A stretch of 64,000 nucleotides of DNA from a candidate division FCPU426 bacterium (GTDB lineage Bacteria > Oederibacteriota > Muellerivitia > Muellerivitales > Muellerivitaceae). The notes beneath the pieces were generated by a model. It saw nothing but the letters and a program-made list of their open reading frames with translations, ran no database searches and was not told the origin of the DNA. Positions within the stretch are counted from its first letter, which is position 1, and each line of letters opens with the position of its first letter. A program made the position numbers and the translations under genes. This document shows, one piece after another, positions 59,941 through 64,000 of the stretch. The stretch covers positions 153,717-217,716 of the forward strand of contig CAVTWJ010000022.1 in assembly GCA_963738405.1 (NCBI GenBank), given 5' to 3'.

Positions 59941-60312
59941 GCCGGAACAGGCGACTTGTCCGGGGGCTCCGGACGAGAATGATCGCACGACGCGGAGGCG
60001 TCCGGGGTTGCGGGCAGATCTGAAACGCGCCCCGGATGTCCCGCTCGGGTAATTAGGGGCCAGCAGGCCAGACCAGGCCTGAGTGCTGGATTGCGTGCCC
60101 CCGCCGCTAAGGGCTCGGGTGCCCGGTCAGGAACGATTCGGCGAGGGAAGCGAAGGGCTTTTCTTTCGTGATCATGGAATTGTTGCCGACGATCACGCGG
60201 CCGGCAGGGGCGGCGCGGGGTGCGGGCAGCAGGGCGAAACCGGTACGCTACCTGTGACGGCCTGCCTAGTGTGCGGGCGCGCGAGGGCGCGCCACCGACG
60301 CTGGCAGATTGT

Positions 60313-60383
60313 GCGGGCGTAGCTCAATGGTAGAGCCCCAGCCTTCCAAGCTGGTCATGCGGGTTCGATTCCCGTCGCCCGCT
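60313..60383 (+). tRNA. tRNA-Gly (TCC), CCA not encoded
   Basis: GCGGGCGTAGCTCAATGGTAGAGC...CTTCCAA...GGTTCGATTCCC.TCGCCCGCT. Confidence 0.93.
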
Positions 60384-60402
60384 CTCATCGTTTCAGCCCA
60401 GG

Positions 60403-60693
60403 TCAGGGTTTATTATTCGCTAGCTCTGTCGGGTTACTCTCGACGTCTGCTTGGGGCGGCGTGCCCGTTGCGTGCCCGATGGCTTCGGGTCCGTGCCCGT
60501 TCGCTTGGTGCTCTTTCTTCGCCTCGGCGAAGAGCCTGCCCATGCCTGCCGCTATCTTCTGGTCGCGCTCGCGGGTGGCGTGCAGGTATATGAGTGCGGC
60601 GCGCGGGCTTGAGTGGCCCATCCGCTCCATCAGCTCCTTGAGGCTGGCGCCCTGCGCGGCCGCCATCGTGTTCCCCGTGTGCCGCAGGTCGTG
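60403..60693 (-). pseudogene. C-terminal fragment of a tyrosine integrase (actinomycete integrative element type)
   Basis: In-frame HDLRHTGNTMAAAQGASLKELMERMGHSSPRAALIYLHA; the sequence upstream of HDLRH is replaced by a repeat cluster; convergent with tRNA-Gly. Confidence 0.85.
60460..60501 (+). repeat. Three CGTGCCCG(T/A)T direct repeats, candidate integrase arm-type sites
   Basis: Copies at 60460, 60471 and 60492. Confidence 0.55.
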
Positions 60694-60694
60694 A

Positions 60695-60801
60695 TTATGC
60701 CGACGTCGGCATAACCATGATTAAGCCGACCTTCGCGTTATGCCGACCTGCGGGCGGATGTCCTGCTCAGCGGGGTGGGGCATCGGATGATGTCGGCATA
60801 A
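60695..60801. repeat. Five TTA(T/A)GCCGAC motifs including a perfect 20-bp palindrome
   Basis: TTATGCCGACGTCGGCATAA 60695-60714; TTAAGCCGAC 60721; TTATGCCGAC 60738; GTCGGCATAA 60792. Confidence 0.9.
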
Positions 60802-60854
60802 TGAAGTGACTTCGAGCCATCATGTCCTTCTCGTCAGGGAGGGGAGGAGTCAAG

Positions 60855-62075
60855 ATGGCCGGAGCAGCGAGCAGGATCAGCAGGGTGCGTGTGACGGGGC
60901 CGTTGGCCCCGTTCGCGGAGGAGTATCGCCGCGAGTTGAGGGAGCGCGGCTATACGGAGCGGTCGGCGGTCAACGAGCTGCGGCAGGTGGCCCGGTTCAG
61001 CGGCTGGCTCCAGGCGAGCCGGCTGAGCGTCTCGGAGCTGGGCGCCGGCCGGGTCGAGGAGTTCCTCGGCTGGCAGCGTGCCGTCGGGCGGCACCGGTCC
61101 CAGTGGTCGCGGCCGGGGCTGGTGTGCCTGCTCGACGTGCTGCGTGAGCTGTGGGTGCTGGCGGCTGGGCAGCCAGCTCAGGCGGACTCGCCGGCGGAGG
61201 TGCTGCTGGCTGGGTTCGGGCGCTACCTGGCAGCTGAGCGAGGCCTGGCGGCGGGCACCGTCCGGGGCTATGTGAGCCATGCCCGCCGGTTCCTGGACGG
61301 GCTGCCCGCCGCTGCGGGCCTGGCCGGCCTGAGCGCCAAAGACGTGACCGAGGCGGTGCTGCGGAGGTCAGCGGCGGTGTCGGTCAGCGCCACGCAGTTC
61401 TTCGTGGCCGGGCTGCGGTCGTTTCTCCGCTTCTGCTTCATCGAGGGCCAGGTGCCCGTCGATCTGTCGCAGGCAGCGCTGCCGGTGACCGGCCGGCGGC
61501 GCTCGCCGCTGCCCCGGGGGATCGCGAAGGCCGACGCCCGGGCGTTGCTGGGTGGCTGTGACCGGCGCTCGGCGCCGGGGCGGCGCGACTACGCGATGCT
61601 CGTCACGCTGCTCCGGCTGGGATTGCGCGCCGGGGAGGTGGCGCGGCTGAGGCTGGATGATATCGACTGGCGGGCGGGGGAACTGGCCGTGCGGGGCAAG
61701 GGCGCCCGCGAGGACCGGCTGCCCCTGCCCGCAGAGGTGGGCCAGGCGATCGCCTGCTACCTGCGGCGGGGACGGCCGGCCAGCGGCCGGCGGGAGGTGT
61801 TCTTGCAGGCCCGGGCCCCGTTCGGCGCCATAGCGCCGGGCACCGTGTCGTCCACGGTGCGCCGGGCGTGCCGGCGGGCAGGGGTGGCGGAGGTGGGGGC
61901 ACACCGCCTGCGCCACACGGTGGCCTGCGAAATGGTGGCCGCCGGGGTCCCGCTGACCGACATCGCCCAGGTGCTGCGCCACCACAGCCTGCAGACCACG
62001 GCACTTTACGGGCGAGTGGACCTGGACCGGCTGCGGGCCCTGGCCGCGCCGTGGCCGGGAAGCGTGCAGCGATGA
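60855..62075 (+). CDS. Tyrosine recombinase, RIT first gene (A-type)
   Basis: RRDYAML..LGLRAGEV, RGKG, AHRLRH, LRH...TTALY; GGAGGAG RBS. Confidence 0.88.
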   Translation: MAGAASRISRVRVTGPLAPFAEEYRRELRERGYTERSAVNELRQVARFSGWLQASRLSVSELGAGRVEEFLGWQRAVGRHRSQWSRPGLVCLLDVLRELWVLAAGQPAQADSPAEVLLAGFGRYLAAERGLAAGTVRGYVSHARRFLDGLPAAAGLAGLSAKDVTEAVLRRSAAVSVSATQFFVAGLRSFLRFCFIEGQVPVDLSQAALPVTGRRRSPLPRGIAKADARALLGGCDRRSAPGRRDYAMLVTLLRLGLRAGEVARLRLDDIDWRAGELAVRGKGAREDRLPLPAEVGQAIACYLRRGRPASGRREVFLQARAPFGAIAPGTVSSTVRRACRRAGVAEVGAHRLRHTVACEMVAAGVPLTDIAQVLRHHSLQTTALYGRVDLDRLRALAAPWPGSVQR

Positions 62076-62803
62076 GCACGCTGAACAGCCACGCGGAGGA
62101 CTACCTGCGGCTGCGCCGGGCGCTCGGGTTCAAGCTGGAGCGCGCCGGGCAGCTGCTGCCCCAGCTGACGGCCTACCTGGAGGCCGCCGGCGCCGGCACG
62201 GTAACCAGCGACCTGGCGATCGCCTGGGCCCGGCTGCCCGATGCCACGCCTAACCACTGGGCGCAGCGCCTGGCCATCGCGCGCGGCTTCGCCCGCTACC
62301 TGCAGACGATCGACCCGGCGGCCGAAGTGCCGCCGCCCGGGGTGTTCCCCGCCCGGCGGCACCGGCCCGCTCCCTACCTGTTCAGCCAGCGCGATATCTG
62401 CCGGATCCTCCAGGCGGCCCGCGCGCTGCGCCCGCCGCTGCGGGCCGCCACCTGCGAGGCGATCTTCGGGCTGATCGCGGCGTCCGGCATGCGCATCGGC
62501 GAGGCCACCGGGCTGGACCGCGGCGACGTCGACCTCGGCACCGGCGTCATCACCATCCGTGAGGCCAAGTTCGGCCGCTCCCGGCTGGTGCCACTGCACC
62601 CGACCGTCACCGCGGCGCTGGGCCGCTACGCCGCCGAGCGCGACCGGCTCTGTCCCCGGCCCCGCTCGGCAGCGTTCTTCTTGTCCGGAGCCGGCACCCG
62701 CCTCGATCGCAGCGGCGCCGGAGCCACGTTCCGCACGATCACCGCGGGCCTCGGCATCCGCACCGCCACCGTCCGGCCCCGGGTCCATGACCTGAGACAT
62801 TAG
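62072..62803 (+). pseudogene. Tyrosine recombinase, RIT second gene (B-type), truncated right after HDLRH
   Basis: YLRLRRALGFKL, SGMRIGEA, KFGRSRLVPLH, PRVHDLRH then TAG; lacks the LGH/catalytic-Tyr box. Confidence 0.85.
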
Positions 62804-62896
62804 GCGGACGGCTGGGTTATGTGCCCTGCCGTGGTGTTTCCGCTGCTAGGGGCGGCGGAGCTCGTCTTGCAGTCCGCATAATGCTGCTCGCCAGCG

Positions 62897-63940
62897 TCAT
62901 CGCCCCAGCGAGTCGAGCCAGCCGACCAGGGACGAGTCGAGGGTCCAGTCCGGCAAGGCGTCTGGGGTGAGTGGTTCGTAGGCATTTTCAATCGCTCTGC
63001 GTTTGGTCTCGGCGTCTGCACGGGCGTAGATCTCGGTGGTGGACACATCGGCATGGCCGAGCAGGTCGCGGATGTAGATCAGGTTGACGCCGGCCTGGAC
63101 CAGGTGCATGGCCCGGCTCCGCCGGAGCGTATGAGGCGTGACCTGCAGGCAGGGAGCCCAGCCGGGGTCGCGCGCCCGGACGGCCCGCACGTGGCGGGCC
63201 AGCAGCTTGGCCACCCCGGACCGGGTCAATCTGGAGTGGTTTGGCCCGGCGAACAGCGGGTCGGCGTCGGCGCCGACGCCGGGATGCCGGTCGCGGTGGT
63301 CGAGGTAGTCGTCGACGAGCCGGGCGGTCGGCTCCATCACGGGCACGTACCGGATCTTGGAACCCTTCCCGCGGATCACCACAGTCATCGGGCTGCCGCG
63401 GCGGATATCAGCGACGTCGAGGTCGCAAAGCTCCTGGACGCGGGCGGCGGTGTCGTAGGCCAGGGCGAGCAGGACGGTGTCCCTGACAGCGCGTGCGCTG
63501 GCCGTGCCAGGTTCGGCGAGCAGCGTTTTGACCTCGTCGCCGGTCAGGTGGTCTAGCTGCGGGGCCGGGGTCTTTTTCTGCCGGATCGCGAGGACCTGGG
63601 TGACCTGGTCGAGATGGCCGGGCTGCTCGATGGCGGTGTAACGGCAAAACGACTTGATCACCGCCAGGCGCTGGTTGCGGGTGGCGGCCGAGCAGTTCCG
63701 CTCGGCCTCCAGCCAGTCCAGGAACCGCAGGGCCCGGGGCCGGTCGATGTCGGCCAGGCGCAGCTTCTCCGGCGGTATGCGCTCTACGTCCCTGAACCAG
63801 GTGAGCAGCAGTTTCATCGCGTCCCGGTAGGACGAAATGGTTTTTGGCGAGGCTGCGCGCTCCCCGGCCAGGTGGTCGGTGAAGAATTTCGACAGCCAGC
63901 GCCCGGCAAGATCCGGCGGCGGCGCGGGCCGCGGGTTCAC
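62897..63940 (-). CDS. Tyrosine recombinase, RIT third gene (C-type)
   Basis: SPKTISSYRDA, TRNQRLA, YDTAARVQE, GKGSK.R.VP, TPHTLRR, IRDLLGH..VSTTEIYA. Confidence 0.88.
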   Translation of the reverse strand: MNPRPAPPPDLAGRWLSKFFTDHLAGERAASPKTISSYRDAMKLLLTWFRDVERIPPEKLRLADIDRPRALRFLDWLEAERNCSAATRNQRLAVIKSFCRYTAIEQPGHLDQVTQVLAIRQKKTPAPQLDHLTGDEVKTLLAEPGTASARAVRDTVLLALAYDTAARVQELCDLDVADIRRGSPMTVVIRGKGSKIRYVPVMEPTARLVDDYLDHRDRHPGVGADADPLFAGPNHSRLTRSGVAKLLARHVRAVRARDPGWAPCLQVTPHTLRRSRAMHLVQAGVNLIYIRDLLGHADVSTTEIYARADAETKRRAIENAYEPLTPDALPDWTLDSSLVGWLDSLGR

Positions 63941-64000
63941 CGCTCGTCCCCGGGCAGCGGGGGGATGACGTAGCCGAACCGGACCTGGGCAGGTAGCCGG
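63937..64000 (-). CDS. C-terminal tail of the upstream gene (probable B-type recombinase), partial
   Basis: ...AQVRFGYVIPPLPGDER* with a GTGA stop/start overlap into 62897..63940. Confidence 0.5.
   Translation of the reverse strand, partial: RLPAQVRFGYVIPPLPGDER

Larger units (their letters stand above)
60694..62797 (+). mobile_element. RIT (recombinase-in-trio)-like element 1, left part
   Basis: Terminal TTATGCCGAC repeat cluster followed by two overlapping tyrosine recombinase genes; interrupted by element 2. Confidence 0.8.
62798..64000 (-). mobile_element. RIT-like element 2 (opposite orientation), continues past the window end
   Basis: Inverted pair CATTAGGCGGAC (62798) / GTCCGCATAATG (62872), followed by a C-type recombinase and the tail of an overlapping upstream gene. 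Confidence 0.75.

Noticed and set aside
59941..59988. Apparent N-terminus MRSFSSGAPGQVACSG of the dnaB ORF
   Set aside because: Comes from the foreign GC-rich side of the junction and is not DnaB-like.
59911..64000. CAGGTAGCCGG at 59911 in dnaB recurs as the last 11 bases of the window, suggesting a duplication bounding the GC-rich block
   Set aside because: Only 11 bp, cut by the window edge and offset from the junction; it cannot be separated from chance without downstream sequence.

Overview
This window joins two different kinds of DNA. Positions 1-~59940 are a moderate-GC bacterial chromosome segment, almost all on the minus strand. It holds a surface-glycan cluster (GT4, flippase, five GT-C-type membrane proteins, two GT2, rfbD, ugd, O-antigen ligase-like protein), trpD-C-F-(TPR)-B-A-accD-folC, a GH5 glycanase, a Pro/Thr-linker secreted protein and a metallophosphoesterase. 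It also holds tmk-holB-metG-tatD, tuf-rpmG-secE-nusG-rplKAJL with L1 and L10 leaders, five tRNAs, radA-ispD-ispF-gltX-cysE-cysS-rlmB, mlaEFD, alr and the 3' part of dnaB. At ~59940 dnaB breaks off and the sequence becomes very GC-rich and actinobacterial-like, most likely a contig join, chimera or bin contaminant. That block holds a CCA-less tRNA-Gly and an integrase remnant. Two structures stand out. (1) A GxxExxY nuclease-like ORF exactly fills the loop of a 36/37-bp inverted repeat built of tandem 10-mers between cysE and cysS, and a gene-less hairpin of the same design lies between alr and mlaE. (2) Tyrosine-recombinase elements are nested: a RIT-like element sits at the HDLRH catalytic-motif codons of an integrase, and a second RIT-like element sits at the HDLRH codons of the first element's second recombinase. 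All calls come from reading motifs by eye; no database search was run.
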